Below, one piece after another: positions 1-8,228 of a stretch of DNA of 16,376 nt. Where the stretch lies: positions 1-16,376 of the forward strand of contig JBDTZG010000091.1 in the NCBI GenBank assembly GCA_040005235.1, written 5' to 3'. The position numbers and the translations under genes are program-made. Below the pieces are notes generated by a model. It did not search any database. It was not told the origin of the DNA and saw only the letters and a list, made by a program, of their open reading frames with translations. Positions within the stretch are counted from its first letter, which is position 1; every line of letters starts with the position of its first letter. Source of the DNA: Acidobacteriota bacterium (GTDB lineage Bacteria > Acidobacteriota > Thermoanaerobaculia > Multivoradales > UBA5704).

Positions 1-165
1 ACCACTGAGCTGGACCAGACCACTACTGAGCTGGACCAGACCACTACTGAGCTGGCCCGGATCACTACTGAGCTGGCCCGGAACACTACTGAGCTGGACC
101 AGACCACTACTGAGCTGGACCAGACCACTACTGAGCTGGGCCGAACCAGTGGCGACCTGGGAGAA
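1..165. repeat. 21-bp tandem repeat array, consensus ACCACTACTGAGCTGGACCAG, truncated by window start
   Basis: Partial unit at 1-18, full units starting at 19, 40, 61, 82, 103 and 124, and a degenerate unit at 145. The core CACTACTGAGCTGG is invariant in the six full units. Frame +1 reads TTTELDQ/ITTELAR heptads and stays open to TGA at 280-282. Confidence 0.95.
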
Positions 166-172
166 ATCTTCC

Positions 173-329
173 CTACGCCGGCAGGCGGAACCGCAGGTGC
201 GGTTCGCGTTCGAGCCGTTCTAGGAAATGGCGGACGTGTCGGGCAACTAAGCCGCTCGCCACCCTGCGCTCGCAGGTCCTGAACGAGAAGATGGAGCGCG
301 CTCTCCGCCTCGCTACCCGCACGGTAGTC
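173..329 (-). pseudogene. Detached C-terminal fragment of the 330..1565 TPR-family gene
   Basis: After the TAG at 332-330 the same frame reads DYRAGSEAESALHLL. Skipping one base near 284 gives FRTCERRVASGLVARHVRHFLERLEREPHLRFRLPA*. This aligns without gaps to the C-terminus of the paralog at 6744..8210 (ALRIKREQFAAVRLFLDAAEREAATAEMARRAAASLRAVRR). Confidence 0.7.
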
Positions 330-1565
330 CTAAAGGAGGCGCTGTGGGCCTTGATGCGACTTCGGAGCCGCACTCTGCGGCCGGAGGGATTCAAGGATCT
401 CTCTCCTGAGCGCGGCAGCCGCCGCCTGGCGGCCGTCCTGAAGGTAGAAATCCACGAGGTCGATACCCACAAGCGCAGCGTCGAAGAGTTGGCCCGCTGC
501 GAGAAATCTTCGGCGGGTTTCGCGAAAGACCTCTTCGGCGCGCTCGCGTTTGCCGAGTCCGGCAAGGGTTGCCGCTTCGACCCAGTCGACCTTGAGCAGG
601 AAGAGTGGTAGTTCTGCGCCAGCGCGCCGAAGACCACTCTCAAATAGGAGCCGTTGGCAACGCCGAAACTCGCCACAATCCACCAGCGTAGCGATCAAAC
701 TCTGACGTGCCGCAAGGGCCAGATCTGGGTCTCGATCGGAATCGATCGCCTGAATCCCCAGCTCGAAGAGGTCGCACGCCACTACGGGGTTTCCTCGATA
801 CCGTTCATAGATCGCGCGGGATATCAGCGTCCGCCCAGCCAAATGCTGGTCGCCGATCCGCCGATAAACCCTCTCAACGTCCCCCAGGATTTCGCATGCG
901 TCATCCCAACAGCGAGTCGAGCTGAGGTATGAAGCATAGAGGCCAGCTATCCGCGCTCCGACCCCTGGGTCTCCGGAACCGATCGCCAGCAACCCTGTCG
1001 CGCGATCGAAGGCGTGGAGCGCGGCACGGAAGCCTTCGTTCAGGCGATAGGCATTACCCAATTCCCCCCAAGCGTCTGCTCGTAGATCAGCCGTCGCTCT
1101 TGGTCCCAAATCCGCCGGATCAAGATCGTCGGCACCAGCCTGAGCCAGGAGAGCGAGCAGCAGCATACTTCGAGGATTGCGATAGCGCTCGGCAAAACTC
1201 TGATCCAGAAGTATCAACACCCGAGAGGATCTCGACGGAGTATCTCGCAGCGGAAGAGCGTCAGCAGGTTCAGCGGGCACGGGTTCTCGATTCTTCCAAT
1301 AGAGCGCTCCCTCAAGGGCCGCGTCGATTGCTGCGTCGTAGTCAATCGGCTGGACCGGGCTGGGGATCATCGCTTCGGACATTCGCTCGAACCGGCAGAA
1401 GAGCTCAACGCCGAAACGCGCTCGACACTTGGTGCACCCGGCGAGGAAATGACGTACAAGGCGGCGCAGCAGCACCCGATCCGGGTGCGCGCTATCCAAT
1501 TGCGCAAGGTGCGCAACCGTCATGTGGAAAACCGCGACGGTCTTTCGCTTTCGCGCCTTGGCCAT
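330..1565 (-). CDS. TPR-like helical repeat protein with N-terminal H-x4-C-x2-C (ZAS/zf-HC2-like) motif; 3' end probably disrupted
   Basis: 411-aa ORF with RHFLAGCTKC near the N-terminus and TPR-like helices (AWGELGNAYRLN). The C-terminal block WVEAATLAGLG...RRRF...FDAALVGIDL matches WLEARALAGLG...RRQF...YDAALAGLDL of 6744..8210. Confidence 0.85.
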   Translation of the reverse strand: MAKARKRKTVAVFHMTVAHLAQLDSAHPDRVLLRRLVRHFLAGCTKCRARFGVELFCRFERMSEAMIPSPVQPIDYDAAIDAALEGALYWKNREPVPAEPADALPLRDTPSRSSRVLILLDQSFAERYRNPRSMLLLALLAQAGADDLDPADLGPRATADLRADAWGELGNAYRLNEGFRAALHAFDRATGLLAIGSGDPGVGARIAGLYASYLSSTRCWDDACEILGDVERVYRRIGDQHLAGRTLISRAIYERYRGNPVVACDLFELGIQAIDSDRDPDLALAARQSLIATLVDCGEFRRCQRLLFESGLRRAGAELPLFLLKVDWVEAATLAGLGKRERAEEVFRETRRRFLAAGQLFDAALVGIDLVDFYLQDGRQAAAAALRREILESLRPQSAAPKSHQGPQRLL

Positions 1566-1749
1566 TCCTGGATTTTCTCATAGGGAGAGTGATTCCGCCC
1601 ACGGCGCAAGGGCCAGTCGGATCGAGCAGACGGCTGCCCGCATAAACAATGGGTCCAGGCCGCCCCTCAAACCCCGCCTACGCGATTCAATCTGAACAGC
1701 CCGAAAGAGAGTACATGCTGCATTTTTCCCCATCACCCCAACGGAATCC

Positions 1750-1778
1750 TTGACATTTCTCCGCGATTATCCAAAATT
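1750..1778 (+). promoter_or_regulatory. Putative sigma70 promoter, possibly giving a leaderless transcript
   Basis: Perfect TTGACA at 1750-1755 and a weak -10 (CAAAAT 1772-1777 or AAAATT 1773-1778) 16-17 bp downstream. The predicted start falls about at ATG 1785, and no Shine-Dalgarno is visible. Confidence 0.5.
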
Positions 1779-1784
1779 AGCCGC

Positions 1785-2330
1785 ATGATGGCTGATTCTT
1801 CACTGCCCAGATCTGATATCGCCAATCAGTTCGTTAAAGCATCGCGAATCCGCGCGATGCGCGGGCGCGTCGAGGCCTCGTCGGTCGAGGCGCAGGCGGT
1901 CGTGGTCAAAGAGCGGGCCGCGGCGGGCACTCTGCTCGTGGCGCTCCTCCGTTTGCCCGAACCGGAACGTGAGCCATCTCTACATCTCGACCCGAGGTAC
2001 CACACCGTTTCCTTCGGCCGGCTGCTGCTCGCATCCGGCGGATCTATCGATCCCGGAGAGCGCGAGGCGCTGTCTCGGCTGGCTCTGGCGGTCACCGACC
2101 TCCTGCCGCGAACGGGCCAACGGGCGGTGATGATCGCAAGCCTTCGTTCCTCGGCCCTGTTGCACATCGCCGACGCGTTACGGGATCAGAACCGGCTGGT
2201 TGAGGCCCGCGCCGCCCTCGCGCTCGTTCCAGCGGAGCTCGAGACCTGCGGCGACGTTCTGGACCAAGCGGGAATCCAAGGTGAAGAAAAGCCGCCCGAC
2301 CCGACCGGTCCCCTGGGAGCACAAGGGTGA
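1785..2330 (+). CDS. Truncated member of the same helical/TPR family (pre-TPR domain plus first repeat only)
   Basis: 181 aa. DPGEREALSRLALAVTDLL...LRSSALLHIADALR parallels NPRSMLLLALLAQAGADDL...LRADAWGELGNAYR (330..1565) and RPDTAMKLARLALRSAEL...GHIGNAYR (6744..8210). Its stop overlaps the next start (GTGA). Confidence 0.75.
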   Translation: MMADSSLPRSDIANQFVKASRIRAMRGRVEASSVEAQAVVVKERAAAGTLLVALLRLPEPEREPSLHLDPRYHTVSFGRLLLASGGSIDPGEREALSRLALAVTDLLPRTGQRAVMIASLRSSALLHIADALRDQNRLVEARAALALVPAELETCGDVLDQAGIQGEEKPPDPTGPLGAQG

Positions 2331-2893
2331 TTCATCTGGCGGAACGCAATCGGGCGATCGAACGGCTCGTGGTCGAAGAGCGTGGGCGAATCTTGCGCTA
2401 CTTGAGCGCGCTGCGCGTTCCGCCGCCGAATCGAGAAGACCTGCTCCAGACCGGCCTGGTGTTGCTCCTACAGAAATGGGAGTCGGTCGAGGATCCGTTC
2501 TCGTGGCTGCTCGGCGCTCTGCGCAACCTTCACCGGACCCAGATCCGCGATCAGAGTCGCCGGGAAAGGCTCCTTCAGCCGATGGCGCACCCCACCCCGC
2601 AAGCCATCCTCACGAAATCGATGACGCCCTCCACCCCCGACCTCCGCATCGATCTCACGCGCTGGCTCCTTGCACTCTCCCGCCAGCAGCGGATCCTCGT
2701 CGTGGGCCTCGTCCTGTTTGGCGAGCCGCTCGGCGAGGTGGCGCGACGAGCCGGCGTCAAACCGGCGTCGGCTCAAACTTTGAAGTCTCGTTCCCTCAAG
2801 CGGCTACGACGTCTGGCCGGACGGGACGGCGGCGCGCCGACTCGCCGAGCGCCCGGTGCCCACGATCCGGCGACGAACCGCCGGCTTCGGTAA
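2327..2893 (+). CDS. ECF-type (sigma70 group 4) RNA polymerase sigma factor
   Basis: 188 aa with region 2-like REDLLQTGLVLL..W....DPFSWLLGALRN and region 4-like HTH LSRQQRILV...GEPLGEVARRAGVKPASAQTLKSRSLKRLR. GGGAG at 2315-2319 precedes the GTG start. Confidence 0.85.
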   Translation: MIHLAERNRAIERLVVEERGRILRYLSALRVPPPNREDLLQTGLVLLLQKWESVEDPFSWLLGALRNLHRTQIRDQSRRERLLQPMAHPTPQAILTKSMTPSTPDLRIDLTRWLLALSRQQRILVVGLVLFGEPLGEVARRAGVKPASAQTLKSRSLKRLRRLAGRDGGAPTRRAPGAHDPATNRRLR

Positions 2894-4981
2894 CTAGTAC
2901 GCCACCAGCTCCCGTGCCGCGGCGACCACCTTTGCCGCGCTCGGCAGCAGCTCTTGTTCGAGCACCTTCGAGTAGGGCACGGGCCGATCCGGATAGGCGA
3001 CCCGGCGGATCGGCGCGTCGAGCCAAGAGAACGCGGCATCGGCGAGGCGCGCCGCCACCTCCGCCCCGAAGCCCAAGGTCAACGGCGCCTCATGGACGAT
3101 CAACGCCCGCGCGGTCTTCTTGACCGAGGCGAGCACCGTCTCCTCGTCGTACGGAATCAACGTCCGCAGGTCGATCACCTCGGCCTCGATGCCGTCCTGG
3201 GCCAAGGCCGCGGCGGCTTCCAGGCAGGTCCAGGTGGTCGCGCCATAGCCCACCAGAGTCAGGTCGCGTCCCGGCCGGACGACGCGGGCGATTCCGAGCG
3301 GCGCCGCATCGTCCCCCTCGGGCAAGCGCTCCTTGATCCGCCGGTAGAGAAACTTGTGCTCGAAGAACAGGACCGGGTTGGGATCGCGAATCGCCGCCTT
3401 GAGCAGCGCCCGGGCGTCGGCGGCGGTTGCCGGGCAGACCACCTTGATGCCGGCGGTCTGGGCGAACCATCCTTCCGGGTTCTGGGAGTGGAACGGCCCC
3501 GCGCCCACCCCGCCGCCCGACGGGCAGCGGACGACGATCGGGCAGGGCACCTGCCACCGGTAATAGAGCTTCGCGGCCACGTTGACCAACTGATTGAAGC
3601 CGCAGGAGACGAAGTCGCCGAATTGCATTTCGATCACCGGCCGATAGCCCATCAGGGCGGCCCCGATCGCGATGCCGATCGTGCCGCTCTCGGCGATCGG
3701 CGTATCGAGCACCCGTTTCGGCCACCGCGCGAAAAGCCCCCTGGTGGTGCGGAAGGGTCCTTCGAAGGCGCCGATGTCCTGCCCCATCAGAACCACCGTC
3801 GGATCGCGCTCCATCTCCTCGCCGAGCGCCTGGTTGATCGCATCCACGTAGGTGATTTCGCGCTCGGCGGGCGGGCCCGCAGCGGTGGAGATTTCGGGAG
3901 CCGGCGCGAGCGCGGGGCGTAGCGCGGTTGCTGGGTCGGGGGCTGGCGCTTCGAGCGCTCGCGAAAGCGCCCGCTCGACCAGCTCGGCGATGCGCGCCTC
4001 CAACCGTTCGCGAACCTCTGGGGTCAGCACCCCCTCCGCCGCGAGGCGCCGGGCATAGGTAGGGACAGGATCGGCTTCGAGGTAGGTCTTCAGCTCTTCC
4101 CGCGGGACGACTTTCAGCGAGTCGTCCCCCTCGCTGTGACCGCGCATGCGTCCGAGCATCGCCTCGATCAGCGTCGGCCCCTGGCCGGACCGTGCCCGTG
4201 CTACCGCGCGGTCGAGCGCCTCGGCCATCGCATCGGGATCGTTGCCGTCGACCGTCTCGGCCGGGATGCCGTAGCCGATTCCCCGATCGGAGAGCTTCGC
4301 CGCGGCGTACTGGAGCGACGCGGGGGTCGAGAAGGCGTAGCGGTTGTTTTCGATGATCAGCACCATCGGCAGCTTCCACACCGCGGCCATGTTCAGCCCC
4401 TCGTGGAAATCGCCGGTCGAGGTGGCCCCTTCGCCGATGAAATTGATCGCCACCCGGTCGGAACCGTCCTGTTTGAAGGCGAACGCGCAGCCCGCGGCGA
4501 CCGGAATCATCGCGCCCAGGTGGCTGATCATCCCGACATGGAGAATCCCGTGCTCGGGCGCCAGATAGCCGTAGTGGAAGGAGCGTTCGAACCCCTGCGA
4601 GAAGCCGGGCGCCTTGCCTAGCAGCTGGCAGGCCAACCGGGTCATGATCTCGTCGGGATCGGGGCGCCGGTCGTCCGGAGCCCCGAAGCCGAAACCGGGA
4701 AAGATCCGCGCGGGGTCGAGGTAGACCGGCAAGATCGCACCTAGGTCGCGGTGCAGAGTACAGAGCGCATCGCCGGCTCCAAGCGCGAGCCCCGCCGGAA
4801 TCGTGGTCGCTTCGTTGCCGACCTCGCTGTACCACTTGGAGACCCGGCCGGTCTTGAGCAGGTTTTCAAACCGCGCGTCGAAGTCGCGGGTCAATTTCAT
4901 GAAGGCGTAGCGCATCAGGCGCACGCTCGAATCGGAAGGGGAGGAAACGGGGGCGTCGGGGAGGGCTAAGGTGCTCGCCAT
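2894..4981 (-). CDS. Fused E1 alpha/beta subunit of a 2-oxoacid dehydrogenase (TPP-dependent; pyruvate/branched-chain type)
   Basis: TPP-binding motif GEGATSTGDFHEGLN...ENN, RMRGHSEGD loop, and beta-subunit motifs DTPIAESG, EMQFGDF, GPFHSQ, EVIDLRTLIPYD. Substrate specificity cannot be determined by eye. Confidence 0.96.
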   Translation of the reverse strand: MASTLALPDAPVSSPSDSSVRLMRYAFMKLTRDFDARFENLLKTGRVSKWYSEVGNEATTIPAGLALGAGDALCTLHRDLGAILPVYLDPARIFPGFGFGAPDDRRPDPDEIMTRLACQLLGKAPGFSQGFERSFHYGYLAPEHGILHVGMISHLGAMIPVAAGCAFAFKQDGSDRVAINFIGEGATSTGDFHEGLNMAAVWKLPMVLIIENNRYAFSTPASLQYAAAKLSDRGIGYGIPAETVDGNDPDAMAEALDRAVARARSGQGPTLIEAMLGRMRGHSEGDDSLKVVPREELKTYLEADPVPTYARRLAAEGVLTPEVRERLEARIAELVERALSRALEAPAPDPATALRPALAPAPEISTAAGPPAEREITYVDAINQALGEEMERDPTVVLMGQDIGAFEGPFRTTRGLFARWPKRVLDTPIAESGTIGIAIGAALMGYRPVIEMQFGDFVSCGFNQLVNVAAKLYYRWQVPCPIVVRCPSGGGVGAGPFHSQNPEGWFAQTAGIKVVCPATAADARALLKAAIRDPNPVLFFEHKFLYRRIKERLPEGDDAAPLGIARVVRPGRDLTLVGYGATTWTCLEAAAALAQDGIEAEVIDLRTLIPYDEETVLASVKKTARALIVHEAPLTLGFGAEVAARLADAAFSWLDAPIRRVAYPDRPVPYSKVLEQELLPSAAKVVAAARELVAY

Positions 4982-5068
4982 GGCGCGCGGAGTCTAGCAG
5001 GAGGGCTAGATCTGCCCGCTCCGCCTGCCGCTCGCCCGGCGCCGCATCCGCGGGGCGCGTCCTCTGAA

Positions 5069-5347
5069 TTTTGCAGTGGTGCAACCGACTTTTGCGCTGG
5101 TGCCCCTACGTTTTGCACTTGTGCGCTGGAGTTTTGCCGTGGTGCAACCGCCCAGTGCATAGGTGCGCTGGAACTTTGCACAGGTGCGCTGCAGCTTTGC
5201 AGTAGTGCCCGCGCGTTTTGTACAGGTGCACCGCGAAATTGCACAACTGCATTCCGCCAGTGAACCTGTGCAACGCCGCTGTGCACCTATGCACCCGGAT
5301 TTTGCAGTGGTGCGCGGACGCTATGCACCTCTGCACAGCGCTGTGCA
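5069..5347. repeat. Degenerate 21-bp tandem array, pattern NNN-TGCA-N4-TGC(A/G/C)-N6, 13 units plus a partial unit
   Basis: Units start at 5069, 5090, 5111, 5132, 5153, 5174, 5195, 5216, 5237, 5258, 5279, 5300 and 5321 (the last is 20 bp), with a partial unit at 5341. The second TGC is present in all 13 units and the first TGC in 11 of 13. Confidence 0.93.
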
Positions 5348-5559
5348 TCTGCCTCCCGCCGCTGTAGCCCCGCGGCCGGAACGCGGTGGAGGTGTCACAG
5401 GAACCGGCGTACAAAGAACGGAAACGAAAGGACTTGGGCCTGGCGCCCGGTGCTTTGGTTCCGGGAACTGCGCTCCACTTCCCGGGGGAAATGTCCCGAG
5501 ATCACCGGCGGTGACGCCGGCCCCCGGCGCCGTCTCCGGCTCCTTCCGCTCGGCGGTCT

Positions 5560-5886
5560 TCAGGAAAGTCCCCGGCTTCGCCGCTCGAAAAACTCCGCTT
5601 CCAAATCTGCGTCCGTGACCTGACCCGCGCGCTGCAATTCACGAATCGCAGGCCGCACGTAGTCCTCAAGTGCGCATTCGATCGTTGCGAGCACCTCCGT
5701 CGCCACGTCGAACGGCTTGCGGTGCTCTTGCCGGTCGTTCAGATCCGCAGGGGGCGGCAGGCTTTCGTGGACCAGCTCCAAAGCGTCCGCAACTCCGAGA
5801 AGCTGGTTGACCACCTCACCGAGCGCCAGCTGTGCCCGCTCGACCGTCAACGGCTCAGTCACCTTGCTCCCCGGGGTGTTAGCCAC
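5560..5886 (-). CDS. Small acidic helical hypothetical protein (108 aa)
   Basis: Start re-called to GTG at 5886, one base after the upstream ORF's TGA and preceded by AAGGA. Protein-like helical sequence (VERAQLALGEVVNQLLGVADALELV...DVATEVLATIECALEDYVRPAIRELQRA). Confidence 0.75.
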   Translation of the reverse strand: MANTPGSKVTEPLTVERAQLALGEVVNQLLGVADALELVHESLPPPADLNDRQEHRKPFDVATEVLATIECALEDYVRPAIRELQRAGQVTDADLEAEFFERRSRGLS

Positions 5887-5887
5887 C

Positions 5888-6568
5888 TCACGAAGGTTCC
5901 TTTTCTTCGTCGATCGGCGCTCCGACTTCGAAGGCCTGAACGGGCTTGAACAACCCCGCCAGCAAGGTGCCATCGAACCCGGCGGGCTCGCCGGCCGGCC
6001 GCGAAACCACCACGTTCGCGCCTCGGCGTTCGCGCCGTCGACCTTCGATCAGCTCGAACAACTGGACCGGTTTGCTTTCCGCCCTCCGAAGGATCTGCGC
6101 CCAGATGCGCAATCCGACGATGCCGCCGATCGGCAACGACGCCGAGTGCTCAGACGCCAAATTGTCGAGCCGGCCCGCGAGACTGGACAGCAACTCGCCA
6201 TGTCCGCACAGCAAAGCGCATCGCCCGACCTCAAGCGCAGCGTCCGCCGCCCGCAGCGGATCGCCCACCCCTTCCGAGATCGTGGCCGCTCCCTCGAAAT
6301 GGAACGCGGCCTCCAGGAAGTCGCCTTCGCGGGAGAGGTGCTCGCCGCGGACCAGGAGCAGCCGAGCCAGGCGGCGCAAGGTCGAGGGCTCCGGGCCGTT
6401 TTCGGCTCGCCAGGCCCGGCCCCGCGTCGGCCGCGGCGCGCTCGCTCTCTCGCCGCTTTCGACCTCAGCCGAGGTCAAAAAAGGAGGGCGCGCAAAGCCT
6501 TCCGCTTGCGCGCCCCGGGAATGGGGTGAGCGATCTTTTGCCATCTTGGGGAGGGGGTTGTCGGCCAC
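5888..6568 (-). CDS. Hypothetical protein with a TPR-like helical pair
   Basis: 226 aa. LARLLLVRGEHLSREGDFLEAAFHFEGAATISEGVGDPLRAADAALEVG resembles the last repeats of the TPR paralogs. Operon-like spacing with the downstream gene. Start is uncertain. Confidence 0.65.
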   Translation of the reverse strand: MADNPLPKMAKDRSPHSRGAQAEGFARPPFLTSAEVESGERASAPRPTRGRAWRAENGPEPSTLRRLARLLLVRGEHLSREGDFLEAAFHFEGAATISEGVGDPLRAADAALEVGRCALLCGHGELLSSLAGRLDNLASEHSASLPIGGIVGLRIWAQILRRAESKPVQLFELIEGRRRERRGANVVVSRPAGEPAGFDGTLLAGLFKPVQAFEVGAPIDEEKEPS

Positions 6569-6575
6569 GACGAAA

Positions 6576-6592
6576 GGCTAGGCCGACTAGCC
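6576..6592. promoter_or_regulatory. Palindrome GGCTAG-N5-CTAGCC, candidate operator
   Basis: Perfect 6-bp arms in the divergent intergenic region, just upstream of GTG 6568. Confidence 0.3.
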
Positions 6593-6743
6593 CTGTTCAA
6601 GCGCTAAATGTTGTTCGCTCACATCATCTGAGATACTTTTGGATCAAATCTTGGGGAACCGGAGAAACTTAGATGCGCCCGCACGCACTTTTTTGTCCTT
6701 CAAAACCGCTCGGCCGGCAACTAAGCTTTGAGGACCTTTCCCT

Positions 6744-8210
6744 TTGAGCCCCCCATCCCCAAAATCCCGCAAGCCCCCGACCGGTGCGGTGCTGCGCCAG
6801 ATCCGCGAGGATCTCGACCTCACCCAGGCCGGGCTGGCCGCGATCCTCCAGGTAACGACCCATACGATCTCCGATTGGGAGCGCGAAGATATTCTCAGTC
6901 CCACTCGGCTCGTTCGCGTCGCCGAACAGCTGGGCGTACCTCCGCAGGTGGTCGACGCGTATCTTGCGGCCCACCAGCTCCACCGCCACGCCCAAGCCCT
7001 CGACCTCCCCATACCTCTCGCCCCAAACGCCTCGACCGGCCTGTGGGCCACCGCGACGTCGATTTCCGGAGTCGCTCACGGCTCCCTCCTGGATACTCAC
7101 CTCTCCGCCCAGGCCCAGGCCGACCGCGCCGCGGCCGCGGCCCATTGGGCGGCTTTGTCGGCCGCCGCGGAAGTCGATCGCGGTGTCCTGATCGAGTTCG
7201 CGCCCGACGTGGCTACCTGGGCGCTCGTCGAGCGCTTGGCTGCCGAAAGCATCGAAGAGGCGCCCGACCGGCCGGACACCGCGATGAAGCTCGCCCGGCT
7301 GGCGCTCCGTTCGGCCGAGCTGGCGCCGGTTTCCGAGGCGCTCCGCGCTTGTCTGCTCGGGTACGCCCACGGGCACATCGGCAACGCGTACCGGGTCGCC
7401 GCCGAACTCCGCCCGGCCGAGGCGGAATTCGTCATAGCCCGAGAGTACTGGCCCGAGGGGATGACCGCGCCGGCCGGCCTGCTTTCCGAGGCTCGTCTCT
7501 TCGACCTGGAGGCCTCCCTCCGTCGCGATCTCCGACAGTTCGATAAAGCCCTCGAGTTGCTCGATCGGGCACTCGCCTTGACCCCCAACGGGCCGGCCGC
7601 CGGCCAGATCCTCTTGAATCGGAGCGCGGCTCTCAGGCAGATGCAAGACCCCGAGGGGTCTTTAGAGGCACTGCGCCGCGCAATACCAGCCTTCGGCGAA
7701 CAGTTGGCCGGCCGGCCCCGCTTTCAGGCTCTGTTCAACCTATCCTCAACCCTGCTCGACGTGGGCCGCTTTTCCGAGTCTCTCGAGCTTCTTCCGGAGG
7801 TGCGCGACCTCGCAACCCAATTGCGCCGTCAGTACGATCTGATCCGCCTGCTCTGGCTCGAAGCTCGCGCGCTGGCAGGCCTTGGCCGACTTGACGCCGC
7901 GATCGTTGGCCTCGACCAGGTGCGCAGACAATTCACAGCCCTGAGAAACCCCTACGACGCGGCGCTCGCGGGCCTCGACCTGGCCGCTCTGTACCTTGAA
8001 GCCGGGAAGAATTCCGAAACTCGCGATCTTGCGCGCCAGTTGGCGAAGGTTTTCGACGCGCTCCGAATCAAGCGTGAACAGTTCGCCGCTGTCCGCCTGT
8101 TCCTTGACGCCGCAGAGCGGGAGGCGGCTACGGCCGAGATGGCCCGGCGAGCGGCGGCTTCCTTGCGCGCCGTTCGCCGAACCCAAGAAACCGATGATAA
8201 GTGCGCCTGA
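6744..8210 (+). CDS. XRE/Cro-type HTH + TPR-array transcriptional regulator (RRNPP-like architecture)
   Basis: N-terminal GAVLRQIREDLDLTQAGLAAILQVTTHTISDWERE is an XRE HTH, followed by multiple TPR-like repeats (RQFDKALELLDRALAL; ALFNLSSTLLDVGRFSESLELL). TTG start with GAGGA at 6730-6734. Confidence 0.9.
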   Translation: MSPPSPKSRKPPTGAVLRQIREDLDLTQAGLAAILQVTTHTISDWEREDILSPTRLVRVAEQLGVPPQVVDAYLAAHQLHRHAQALDLPIPLAPNASTGLWATATSISGVAHGSLLDTHLSAQAQADRAAAAAHWAALSAAAEVDRGVLIEFAPDVATWALVERLAAESIEEAPDRPDTAMKLARLALRSAELAPVSEALRACLLGYAHGHIGNAYRVAAELRPAEAEFVIAREYWPEGMTAPAGLLSEARLFDLEASLRRDLRQFDKALELLDRALALTPNGPAAGQILLNRSAALRQMQDPEGSLEALRRAIPAFGEQLAGRPRFQALFNLSSTLLDVGRFSESLELLPEVRDLATQLRRQYDLIRLLWLEARALAGLGRLDAAIVGLDQVRRQFTALRNPYDAALAGLDLAALYLEAGKNSETRDLARQLAKVFDALRIKREQFAAVRLFLDAAEREAATAEMARRAAASLRAVRRTQETDDKCA

Positions 8211-8228
8211 TCTCCAATCCATTCAACG

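Noticed and set aside
1-165. CRISPR array
   Set aside because: Contiguous 21-bp units without unique spacers, and no cas genes in the window.
2954-4969. Long alternative-frame ORFs over the E1 gene (e.g. 3090..4835, 2954..3922), and similar ones over the kinase and sulfatase-like genes
   Set aside because: Arg/Gly/Pro-rich shadow ORFs typical of high-GC DNA, overlapping well-supported genes.
5069-5347. CRISPR array, or genuine CDSs among ORFs 4966..5286, 5106..5414 and 5163..5618
   Set aside because: No repeat-spacer structure. The overlapping ORFs are explained by a stop-poor repeat whose period is a multiple of three, and no RBS was seen. Coding is not fully excluded.
5461-5485. Hairpin CCGGGAA...TTCCCGG as terminator, or a third periodic array
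   Set aside because: No U-tract on either side and no consistent period; likely chance in GC-rich sequence.
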